From the NCBI GenBank assembly GCA_052327205.1, contig JBMRGM010000040.1, forward strand, positions 35,836,001 to 35,900,000: DNA of 64,000 nucleotides, in the 5' to 3' direction. Both the position numbers and the translations under genes were made by a program. A model generated the notes under the pieces. It was not told the DNA's origin. It ran no database searches and saw nothing but the letters and a program-made list of their open reading frames with translations. This document shows positions 26,413-36,285 of the stretch, piece after piece; positions within the stretch are counted from its first letter, which is position 1, and every line of letters begins with the position of its first letter. This stretch comes from Somniosus microcephalus (taxonomy: Eukaryota).

Positions 26413-27650
26413 TGTAACAGGAAAATAACTTCCAACACCATGTGCTGAGCTGCAGGTCTTGTGATATACAGCAATTTACTTTACATCACTTATTTACCGC
26501 ACTTTACTGGGCTTTACTTCACTTGCTAGGTACCAAATATCCACTAGTTGGCGGCACACAATGGGAATCGACCCAAATTAATTAAACCCCTGAATTAAAT
26601 TGAAAACTAACATAAATTCCTATTGAAGGCAGGACACTCCCCGCTACAATTCCATTGTACCACTACAGATAGAAAATAAAACCTAAAGAAAACGTCCTTT
26701 GGCTGCAAACATACTCAGAATCCTTTCTCTAGGTTTCTTCAGAAAGGAGGACTACGATCTCTGAGACTGGCTTCAGAAACACTTTGACGGTCCCGTCCTT
26801 GACAATCTTCACCTCCACCTTGCGGACCCTCTTGTCCCTGCTCGGCAGAGTTTTGACAACCAGTCGCACTGGCCATTCATTTCTGTGCACTTAGCTGTCT
26901 TTCAGCAAGACAACATCTCCCACTTTGACATTTGGCTTGTCCTCTGTCCATTTCCCACGGCTCTGTAGGGTGGAAAAATCCTCTCCTCTCCGTCTCTTCA
27001 AGACACTGGACTTGCTTCCACTGCTTCCCGTGCAGCTCAGCCATGTCGACATTTCCAGAGGGGACTGAAATAGCACTCATCTTTTGAGTCAGGAGCATCA
27101 CTGGGTTGAGGACTGCAGGCATGCCTAAGTCGGTGGACACCGGTACCAGGGGTCTTGCATTCATGATCGCCATGACTTCAGCCGTGAGAGTGCTCAAGAC
27201 GTCGTGTGTGAGACGAGTGGGTCCCGTCCGAAACAGCATAGCGTCCAGAATAGGCCTGGCAACTCCGATGAGCCTCTTCCATGACCCACCCATTTGGGAT
27301 GAATGCAGGGGGTTAAACATCCACGTGCATCCTTTCTTTTGCAGGTCTTCGAGAGCCTTCAAGGGCTCCTTCCATAGGTTCCATTTTGCTTCTTTTTCTG
27401 GGAGGAGTGGAGCATCCCACTCACTCTGATCAGATGAGAGTTACTGTATTAATGCTTTTCCTTGCATTGTTATGGGAGCTACGAACACCAGAGGGTACTA
27501 CAAACTGTTGAATGTGGACAGGACACCTCTCCGTGTGAATGGCCTTTCTTCACGGGACACCAGGAATGGGAAGATGTCTGTTTCCAGTTTCCAGGAGAGG
27601 CCCAGGCTCCGTTGAAGGTGGAGGGGATCCACTCCATGGTCCAAATCCTT
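26413..27650 (-). mobile_element. BEL/Pao LTR retrotransposon 3' remnant (LTR 26413-26636, PPT, integrase)
   Basis: WMFNPLHSSQMGGSWKRLI...AIMNARPL and VKVGDVVLLKD BEL integrase motifs; minus-strand PPT GCGGGGAG followed by a TGT...ACA LTR. Confidence 0.85.
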
Positions 27651-28577
27651 TGAGGGGCTGTATTAGTTTGGGGGTTTATTGGTTTGCGTGTCTGTATTAG
27701 TTTGTGTGGCTGTATTAGTTCGAGGGGCGGTATTATATTGACTGTCTGTATTAGTTTGAGGAACTGTATGAGCTTGATGGACTGTATTATTTGGAGGTAC
27801 TGTATTAGTTTGTGGGGCAGTATTGTTTGAGGGACTGAATTAGTTTGAGGGTCTGAATAAGTTTGAGGGGCTGTATTAGTTTGACGGGCAGTATTATTTT
27901 GAGGGTCTGTATTAGTTTGAGGGACTGTTTTAGTTTGAGGTGCTTTATAAGTTTGAGGTACTGTATTAGTCTGAGGGTCTGAATTATTTTGAGGGACTGT
28001 ATTAGTTTGAGGAGTTTTATTAGTTTTTGGGTCTGTGTTAGATTGAGGCTCTGTATTAGTTAGAGTGGCCGTATTATTTTGAGGGCCTGTATTATTTTGA
28101 GGGACTGTATTAGTTTGAGGAGTTTTATTAGTTTTGGGGTCTGTATTAGTTTCTGAAGCTGTATTAGGTTGAGGGACTGTATTAGTTTCATGTGCTGTAT
28201 TAAGTTGATTGAATTTATTAATTTGAGGGTCTTTACTATTTTGAGGGACTGTATTAGTTTGAGGGACTGTATTAGATTGAGGGGCTGTATTAGTTTGAGG
28301 GACTGTATTAGTTTGAGGGTCTGTATTAGTTTGTGGGACTGTAAAAGACTCAGGGTCTGTATTTGTTTGATGCAATGTATTGGTTTGAGGAGTTTTATTA
28401 GATTTTGGGTCTGTATTAATTTGAGGGGCTCTATTAGGCTGAGGGACTGTATTAGTTTGAGGGGCTGTATTACTTTAAGGGACTGTATTAGTTTGAGGGC
28501 CTGTATTCGTTTTAGTGTCTGTATTTGTTACAGGGACTATATTAGTTTGATGGGCTGTATTATTTTGAGGTACTCTA
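27651..28577. repeat. 18-bp satellite (consensus CTGTATTAGTTTGAGGGR), left block
   Basis: About 50 diverged tandem units; interrupted by an LTR at 28578. Confidence 0.95.
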
Positions 28578-29376
28578 TGTAATACCCACTGGAAATGTTA
28601 TGTACGCTAAGTATGGTTATCAATCTTTAACTTAGACACTGTATTATCATTGTTATAAATCCCTGGGTTAAAGTTGCCCATGTGAAGTTTCGGCAAGAAC
28701 ATTTAAGGACACAATGTGACTAAAAGCAGACTTTCCATAATTCTGCACCAATATCAACTGTTGCAGACAGTGAGGCTGCGCAGTCTCCAGGCAGAAACCC
28801 CAGGAGGAAGGGGTGGGGTCGAGTTTTTCGAGCGGGAAACGCGAGCGACTGGAAGAAAAGAGGGCAAGAGCTCTGAAAAGATGGCAGGAGCTCTGAAAAG
28901 AGGGCTCAGGAGGCAAATGGCTGCCGCATCCCGTCCCGGGCTTCCAAACTCGGCCGCCGCCTTTCGTATTAGTAGCTCTGCACCCAGAACTCAAAGTGGG
29001 ATTCAGTGATCGTGAAGAGAATTCAACGAACGTGTTCGGAGTCGTAAGTCTTGCAGACATTATACATACCATGAGCTCCAAATTAAGCGTGCCAACAAAA
29101 GAGTACACTCGAATTTGGACACAGGGACAGATTCTCCTTTGAATCCATGTAAATGGAGAATGTATGTTTATTATGTCTAGATTCATTCTAATGTATGCAA
29201 ATGTCTAATTTAGTTCATTGACCTGTAATCTTCTTATACTGTCTGACGTTAAAACTATAAAGTAAGATAATTAGAACTAAGCCTTTGTAGTAGTGATCTC
29301 CTTACTGGACTATAGAATACTGTCTACAACAGAGACCACATCTCACATATATCTAGAGAACCTTGAAGGGGTTACA
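28578..29376 (+). repeat. 5' LTR (799 bp)
   Basis: TG...CA ends; the last 263 bp are repeated at 39923-40185. Confidence 0.9.
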
Positions 29377-29379
29377 TTT

Positions 29380-29397
29380 TGGGGGCTCGTCCGGGAT
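29380..29397 (+). promoter_or_regulatory. Primer binding site, tRNA-Pro
   Basis: TGGGGGCTCGTCCGGGAT, the 18-nt tRNA-Pro PBS known from MLV, 3 nt after the LTR. Confidence 0.93.
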
Positions 29398-29490
29398 TGT
29401 GGTCTATTTATGTTAGTAAACTAACAGTATTGAATGCTCATTGCTAAGAGAGTGGTTTGTGGTATCTACTGGGCTGTTTGAGCATAAAAG

Positions 29491-30895
29491 ATGGATGTTA
29501 ATGAGGGTGAAGCTTGGTGCAAACGGAAGCAGATAGCTACTACCCATGCCATTGTGCTGAATGGTGTTGCTAACGATGACCCTGATGATTTCTTGCTAAG
29601 GGCTCTGAATTGTGTCAAAGCCTTTGGAAAGGTTAGGATAGTTGAGCGCTGCTTGGATACAGCTACCAAGAAGCAGTTTGTGTTGATCCAGACATCAGAG
29701 AACCTGCGAGGTCATGGTTTACCTGGGGCAGTTGGGCTTTCTGAAGAGGCTGGTCCCTGGCCAGTTCAGTTTGTCCCTATCACTACTAAGGAAGAAGAAG
29801 GGTTTCAGACCAAGTTGTTGTCATTATTGAGACAAGAAGGAAAGACTGTTGCTGATGTCAAAAGTCTGATAGGTCCTTCGACCCAGGATATGAACACTCA
29901 GTTGGTCAGTGCCATTAGTTCTCTGGTGGATAAATGCTCCAATCTGCCCCTCGAGGCTCAGGGATACCGTAAGCTCCGTATCTTCTCAGGAGTGAGACCA
30001 GCTCCCAGTGGGGAAGAGGAGTACGACCCCTGGGCTGAGCAGACCCTGCCTCTGCTAGAGGAATGGCAGTGCAGTGACCATGTGAAGAGGCAGAGAATAG
30101 TAGAAAGCCTTAGTGGTCCTGCTGCTGATATTGTAAGATTCTTAAAGGCGCAGAACAGCTCTGCTATTTCCTTTGACTACATGCAGGCTCTAGAAACTGC
30201 CTTTGGAACTACTGAAACCATTTCAGATTTGATGGTCAGATTCAGAAGCACATTCCAGTGTGAGGGAGAGAAGCTGTCCAGTTATCTGCTGAGAATAGAC
30301 AAACTGCTGCATTGTATGTTACGGAAAAGAGGGATTGAGTGGCCTGAAATGAATCGATTCCGCATTGAACAGGTTGTGTGAAGTGCATTGCTCGAAGACG
30401 TGACTGCTCTTCGCATACGCATGACCCATAAGTTGCGAGATCCACCTACCTTCACTGAGCTCCGAAGGGAAGTCAGAGAGGAGGAGGATATGCTTCAGGC
30501 CCGGAATGTAGCAAAGAGTGCTGTGATGTCCAAGCTTGTGACCCCTGTTACAGTTTCTACTCCTAAGGGTGCTGTCAACCCTGAGATGGAACAGCTGAAG
30601 AAGGAAATAAATGTCATGAGAGCCGAGATGGCATATTTTCGGTCTAAGCCCAACACAGAAAGGGATGACGCACGGGTGCAAAAGGTTGAACACCCTGCGA
30701 AGTCTAGCAGCAAAATGAATGATTCCTCTAAAGGATATCCCCATGAAGGAGATAGACCTTGAGTCTTTTGTTATAACTGTGGAAAGGATGGACATTTCAA
30801 GCGAGAATGTAGAGCTAAGGAAAATCTAAAAAAAAGTAAATGACCGTCTCATAAAACTTACCAAGAAGTCGGGAAACTACAAAGGGGCACAGTAA
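29491..30895 (+). pseudogene. gag: PNMA-like gag with CCHC knuckle
   Basis: YRKLRIFSG...GEEEYDPW...EWQCSDHVKRQRIVESLSGPAADIV; CYNCGKDGHFKREC. Stops at 30379 and 30760 and a probable +1 in the A-run near 30830. Confidence 0.88.
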
Positions 30896-31311
30896 CGGAA
30901 CGGCCTGCTGTCCCTGTAGTTAAGACACGTTCCGCTAAGTGCAAAAATAGACGAGTGGATATGAAAGACATCATACCTGAAGGTTTAGTAGGGCTGAGTT
31001 CTGCTGTATCAATACAGATTGAAGGAATTTATACAAAAGCTTTCCTCGACACGGGTTCTCAGGTTACCATACTGTACAGATCCTTCCATGACCGATACCT
31101 GACGCATTTGCCATTAACCCCAATCAGTCTTCTGCAGATCTGGGGCCTTAGTCCTGCTGATTACCCATATGATGGCTATTTGTCGCTGAGGTTGGAGTTC
31201 TTGGAAGCTGATGTAGGGACCACTGAGACCATTGATGCACTTGTGTTGGTTTGCCCTGACCACATGGTAAAAGGTGAGGTTTCCATACTGGTTGGCAGTA
31301 ATACACGCATA

Positions 31312-32202
31312 GTGAGCCCGGTATAAAAACCGGCGCCAAGGCAGAGGCCCGACCAGTTCGGGGGAGAGCAGCAGCAGCGGAGGTGAGCCCGGTATAAAAA
31401 CCGGCGCCAAGGCAGAGGCCCGACCAGTTCGGGGGAGAGCAGCAGCAGCGGAGGTGAGCCCGGTATAAAAACCGGCGCCAAGGCAGAGGCCCGACCAGTT
31501 CGGGGGAGAGCAGCAGCAGCGGAGGTGAGCCCGGTATAAAAACCGGCGCCAAGGCAGAGGCCCGACCAGTTCGGGGGAGAGCAGCAGCAGCGGAGGTGAG
31601 CCCGGTATAAAAACCGGCGCCAAGGCAGAGGCCCGACCAGTTCGGGGGAGAGCAGCAGCAGCGGAGGTGAGCCCGGTATAATAACCGGCGCCAAGGCAGA
31701 GGCCCGACCAGTTCGGGGGAGAGCAGCAGCAGCGGAGGTGAGCCCGGTATAAAAACCGGCGCCAAGGCAGAGGCCCGACCAGTTCGGGGGAGAGCAGCAG
31801 CAGCGGAGGTGAGCCCGGTATAAAAACCGGCGCCAAGGCAGAGGCCCGACCAGTTCGGGGGAGAGCAGCAGCAGCGGAGGTGAGCCCGGTATAAAAACCG
31901 GCGCCAAGGCAGAGGCCCGACCAGTTCGGGGGAGAGCAGCAGCAGCGGAGGTGAGCCCGGTATAAAAACCGGCGCCAAGGCAGAGGCCCGACCAGTTCGG
32001 GGGAGAGCAGCAGCAGCGGAGGTGAGCCCGGTATAAAAACCGGCGCCAAGGCAGAGGCCCGACCAGTTCGGGGGAGAGCAGCAGCAGCGGAGGTGAGCCC
32101 GGTATAAAAACCGGCGCCAAGGCAGAGGCCCGACCAGTTCGGGGGAGAGCAGCAGCAGCGGAGGTGAGCCCGGTATAAAAACCGGCGCCAAGGCAGAGGC
32201 CC
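31312..32202 (+). repeat. 71-bp tandem monomer array (12 full copies plus a 39-bp partial) at the CR1 5' end
   Basis: Unit GTGAGCCCGGTATAAAAACCGGCGCCAAGGCAGAGGCCCGACCAGTTCGGGGGAGAGCAGCAGCAGCGGAG; only one variant base noticed (~31682). Confidence 0.97.
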
Positions 32203-32428
32203 ACCAAATCAACAGCAGAGGAGAGGTAAAAAGTAATCCAAGTGTGACGTCACCAGGGAGCAGGTAAGTGATTGGTTGGTGAGTATTTCTCTCTTTTCAA
32301 TACAAGCTTGAATTCTGTGGTGTTACATTTCTGTGGTGTAGTGGGGACAGTTGGTAAATAAAGCGCCCTAGAGTATACCTGTAACTGGGGTATTGAATAA
32401 AATTTTTAATTAATTAAAGGAGTAAGTC

Positions 32429-33367
32429 ATGGGAGGAGAGCTCAGACCCGTGTTCTGCTCCTCTTGCTCCATGTGGGAAATCAGGTAAGCTGCCAGTGTC
32501 CCTGACGACCATGTGTGCGGGAAATGCATCCAGCTGCAGCTACTTGCAGACCGCATTGCGGCGCTCGAGCTGCAGGTGGATGAATTTTGGAGCATGCGCG
32601 ATGCTGAGAGGCTCGTGGATAGCACGTTTAGCGAGTTGTTCACGCCTCAGGGCAGGGCGGCACAGGGGGTGACCATCAGGCGGAGCAACAAAGGCAGGCA
32701 GGTAGTGCAGGGAACCCCTGCGGGCATCCCCCTTTCAAACAAGTATACCGCTTTGGATACTGTTGAGGGGGATGACTCACCAGGGGAAGGCAGCAGCAGC
32801 CAACTTCCTGGCACTGGGGGTGCTCCTGCTGCCCAGGAAGGGGGGAAAAAGAGTGGGAGAGCAATAGTGGTAGGGGATTCTATAGTAAGGGGAACAGATA
32901 GGCGTTTCTGTGGCCGTAGACGTGAATCCAGGATGGTTTGTTGCCTCCCTGGTGCCAGGGTCAAGGATGTCACTGAGCGGCTGCAGGGCATTCTGGAGGG
33001 GGAGGGTGAACAGGCAATGGTCGTGGTCCACATTGGTACCAACGACATAGGTAAAAAGAGGGATGAGGTCCTGCATCAAGAATTTAGGGAGCTAGGTAAC
33101 AGATTAAAGAGCAGGACCTCAAAGGTTGTAATCTCTGGATTACTCCCAGTGCCACGTGCTAGTAAGTATAGGAATGGGAGGATAGAGCAGATGAATGCGT
33201 GGCTAAAGAGTTGGTGTAGGGGGGAGGGTTTTACTTTCCTGGATCACTGGGCCTGCTTCTGGGAAAGGTGGGACTTGTACAAGTCGGACGGGTTGCACCT
33301 GAACCAGAGCGGGACAAATATCCTTGCGGGGAGGTTTGCTAGCACTGTTGGGGGGGGTTTAAACTAA
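32429..33367 (+). pseudogene. CR1 ORF1 (CxxC...CxxC zinc finger, coiled coil, SGNH esterase) with one nonsense codon
   Basis: ATG at 32429 gives MGGELRPVFCSSCSMWEIR*, with in-frame TAA at 32486-32488; then CGKC, VGDSIV, HIGTND and DGLHLN. Confidence 0.88.
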
Positions 33368-36285
33368 CTTGGCAGGGGGATGGGATACAGAGGGGAGCTG
33401 AAATAGGGGGGGATGTGCTGCCAATTATAGAGAAAAAAACAAGTCAGCTTGGTAGACAGGGCAAATATATAAGGGCAAGGCTGGATGGCATCTATTTTAA
33501 TGCAAGGAGTCTTGCGAATAAGGTGGATGAACTGAAGGTGTTGATAAACACATGGGAGTATGATATTGTTGCTATCACGGAGACATGGTTGAGGGAAGGG
33601 CAAGACTGGCAGCTCAATATTCCGGGGTACAGAATCTTCAGGCGAGACAGAGGTGGAGGTATAAGAGGAGGGGGTGTCGCAATATTAATTAAGGAGTCAA
33701 TTACTGCAGTAAGGAGGGATGATATATTAGCAGGGTCCTCCAATGAGGCCATATGGGTGGAGCTTAAAAACAAAAAGGGGGCAAGCACTTTGCTGGGAGT
33801 GTACTATAGGCCTCCAAACAGTCAGGGGGAGATAGAGGAACAGATATGTAGGCAAATCTCAGAGAAATGTGCAAATAATAGGGTAATAATAATGGGGGAT
33901 TTCAACTTCCCCAATATTAACTGGGATAGTCAGAGTGTGAAAGGCTCAGAGGGTGTAGAATTCTTAAAGTGCATCCAGGAGAGCTTTTTGAGCCAGCATG
34001 TAGAAAGTCCTACAAGAGAGGGGGCGGTACTGGACCTAATTCTAGGGAATGTGGCCGGCCAAGTGGAAAAAGTGCTAGTAGGTGAGCACTTTGGTGATAG
34101 TGACCATAATATGGTAAGATTTAAGGTGGCCATGGAAAAGGACAGGGATGGGCCGGAAATAAAGGTTCTAAATTGGGGGAAGGCCGATTTTAATAGGATA
34201 AGGCAGGATCTGGCCAAAATGGACTGGGATCAGCTACTTGTAGGAAAATCCGCATCGGAGCAATGGGAGGCTTTCAGAAGGGAGATTGAGATCATACAAT
34301 GGCAACATGTTCCCGTAAAGGTCAAGGGTGGTTCCAAAAACCACAGGGAACCTTGGATGTCAGGGGATATACGGGAATGGATTAGGAAAAAAAGGAGGGC
34401 TTTTGGTAGATACAAAAGGCTAAAGACGGAGGAAGCCCTAGAGGAGTACAAAAAGTGCAGGGGGATACTTAAAAAAGAAATTAGGAGATCAAGGAGGGGC
34501 CATGAAATAACACTGGCAAGCAAAATAAAGGAAAATCCGAAGATGTTTTATAAGTATATTAAGGGTAAGAGGATAACTAGGGAAAAAATAGGGCCCATTT
34601 GGGACAAAAGTGGCAATCTGTGTGTGGAGCCGGAAGATGTAGGAGGGGTTCTGAATGAATTTTTTGCGTCTGTTTTCACTATGGAGAAGGACGATGTAGA
34701 CATAGAAATAGGGCGGGGGGACTGTGATATGCTCGAACATATTAACATCGAGCGGGGGGAGGTATTGGCGGTTTTAGCTGGCCTAAAAATGGATAAATCC
34801 CCAGGCCCGGATGAAATGTATCCCAGGCTGCTGTGTGAGGCAAAGGAGGAGATTGCGGGGGCTCTAACACATATATTCAGGACCTCTCTGGCCACAGGGG
34901 ATGTGCCAGAGGACTGGAGAACCGCTAATGTAGTACCATTATTCAAGAAGGGTAGTAGGGAAAAACCGGGGAACTACAGGCCAGTGAGCCTAACATCAGT
35001 GGTAGGAAAATTATTGGAAAAAATCCTGAGGGACAACATTTGTCTCCACTTGGAGAGGCAAGGATTAATCAGGGATAGTCAACATGGCTTTGTCAAGGGA
35101 AGATCATGTCTGACTAATTTGATTGAATTTTTTGAGGGGGTGACTAGGTGTGTGGATGAGGGTAACGCAGTGGATGTGGTATACATGGATTTCAGTAAGG
35201 CCTTCGATAAAGTCCCGCACAGAAGACTGGTCAAGAAGGTAAGAGCCCATGGAATCCAGGGTGCCTTGGCACATTGGATACAAAACTGGCTTAGTGGCAG
35301 AAGGCAGAGGGTGATGGTCGAAGGTTGTTTTTGTGACTGGAAGCCTGTGGCCAGTGGGGTACCACAGGGATCGGTGCTGGGTCCCTTGCTGTTTGTGGTC
35401 TACATTAATGACTTGGATATGAATGTAAAGGGTATGATCAGTAAGTTCGCGGATGATACAAAAATTGGTAGGGTGGTAAATAGCGAGGAGGGTAGCCTCA
35501 GTCTGCAGGACGATATAGATGGGTTGGTCAGATGGGCGGAACAGTGGCAAATGGAATTTAACCCGGAAAAGTGCGAGGTGATGCACTTTGGGGGGACTAA
35601 CAAGGCAAAGGAATACACAATGAATGGAAAGACCCTAGGCAAGACGGAGGGTCAGAGGGATCTGGGTGTGCAAGTACACAGATCCCTGAAGGCGGCGGAA
35701 CAGGTGGATAAGGTGGTAAAAAAGGCATATGGGATACTTGCCTTCATTAGCCGAGGCATTGAATATAAGAGCAAGGAGGTTATGATGGAGCTGTATAAAA
35801 CACTGGTTAGGCCACAGCTGGAATATTGTGTGCAGTTCTGGTCGCCACACTACAGGAAGGATGTGATCGCGTTAGAGAGGGTGCAGAGGAGGTTCACCAG
35901 GATGTTACCAGGGCTGGAGCGCTTCAGCTATGAAGAGAGACTGGGCAGGTTGGGTTTGTTTTCCTTGGAGCTGAGGAGGCTGAGGGGGGACATGATTGAG
36001 GCGTACAAAATTATGAGGGGCATAGATAGGATGGATGCTGAGGAGCTTTTTCCCTTAGTAGAGGGGTCGATAACTAGGGGGCATAGATTCAAGGTAAAGG
36101 GCGGGAGGTTTAGAGGGGATTTGAGAAAGAACTTTTTCACCCAGAGGGTGGTTGGAGTCTGGAACTCACTGCCTGAAAGGGTTGTGGAGGCAGTAACCCT
36201 CACAACATTTAAGAAGCATTTGGATGTGCACTTGAAATGCCATAGCATACAAGGCTACGGGCCAAATGCTGGAATATGGGATTAG
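33358..36285 (+). CDS. CR1 ORF2 (APE endonuclease plus reverse transcriptase), uninterrupted
   Basis: YFNARSL, AITETW, GDFN and SDHN endonuclease motifs; PQGSVLGP and FADD RT motifs. The frame is open from 33343 and the first ATG is at 33892, so the true start is uncertain. Confidence 0.92.
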   Translation, partial: FKLTWQGDGIQRGAEIGGDVLPIIEKKTSQLGRQGKYIRARLDGIYFNARSLANKVDELKVLINTWEYDIVAITETWLREGQDWQLNIPGYRIFRRDRGGGIRGGGVAILIKESITAVRRDDILAGSSNEAIWVELKNKKGASTLLGVYYRPPNSQGEIEEQICRQISEKCANNRVIIMGDFNFPNINWDSQSVKGSEGVEFLKCIQESFLSQHVESPTREGAVLDLILGNVAGQVEKVLVGEHFGDSDHNMVRFKVAMEKDRDGPEIKVLNWGKADFNRIRQDLAKMDWDQLLVGKSASEQWEAFRREIEIIQWQHVPVKVKGGSKNHREPWMSGDIREWIRKKRRAFGRYKRLKTEEALEEYKKCRGILKKEIRRSRRGHEITLASKIKENPKMFYKYIKGKRITREKIGPIWDKSGNLCVEPEDVGGVLNEFFASVFTMEKDDVDIEIGRGDCDMLEHINIERGEVLAVLAGLKMDKSPGPDEMYPRLLCEAKEEIAGALTHIFRTSLATGDVPEDWRTANVVPLFKKGSREKPGNYRPVSLTSVVGKLLEKILRDNICLHLERQGLIRDSQHGFVKGRSCLTNLIEFFEGVTRCVDEGNAVDVVYMDFSKAFDKVPHRRLVKKVRAHGIQGALAHWIQNWLSGRRQRVMVEGCFCDWKPVASGVPQGSVLGPLLFVVYINDLDMNVKGMISKFADDTKIGRVVNSEEGSLSLQDDIDGLVRWAEQWQMEFNPEKCEVMHFGGTNKAKEYTMNGKTLGKTEGQRDLGVQVHRSLKAAEQVDKVVKKAYGILAFISRGIEYKSKEVMMELYKTLVRPQLEYCVQFWSPHYRKDVIALERVQRRFTRMLPGLERFSYEERLGRLGLFSLELRRLRGDMIEAYKIMRGIDRMDAEELFPLVEGSITRGHRFKVKGGRFRGDLRKNFFTQRVVGVWNSLPERVVEAVTLTTFKKHLDVHLKCHSIQGYGPNAGIWD

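Noticed and set aside
27479-28582. Mucin/antifreeze-like PQTNT repeat ORF and ISLRGC repeat ORFs
   Set aside because: Translations of the 18-bp satellite; no signal peptide or splice support.
31312-32202. CRISPR-like array
   Set aside because: The units are head-to-tail with no unique spacers, there are no cas genes, and the context is eukaryotic.
31114-32212. Three overlapping 311-354 aa minus-strand ORFs
   Set aside because: Translations of the 71-bp tandem array, cycling through the same peptide in all frames.
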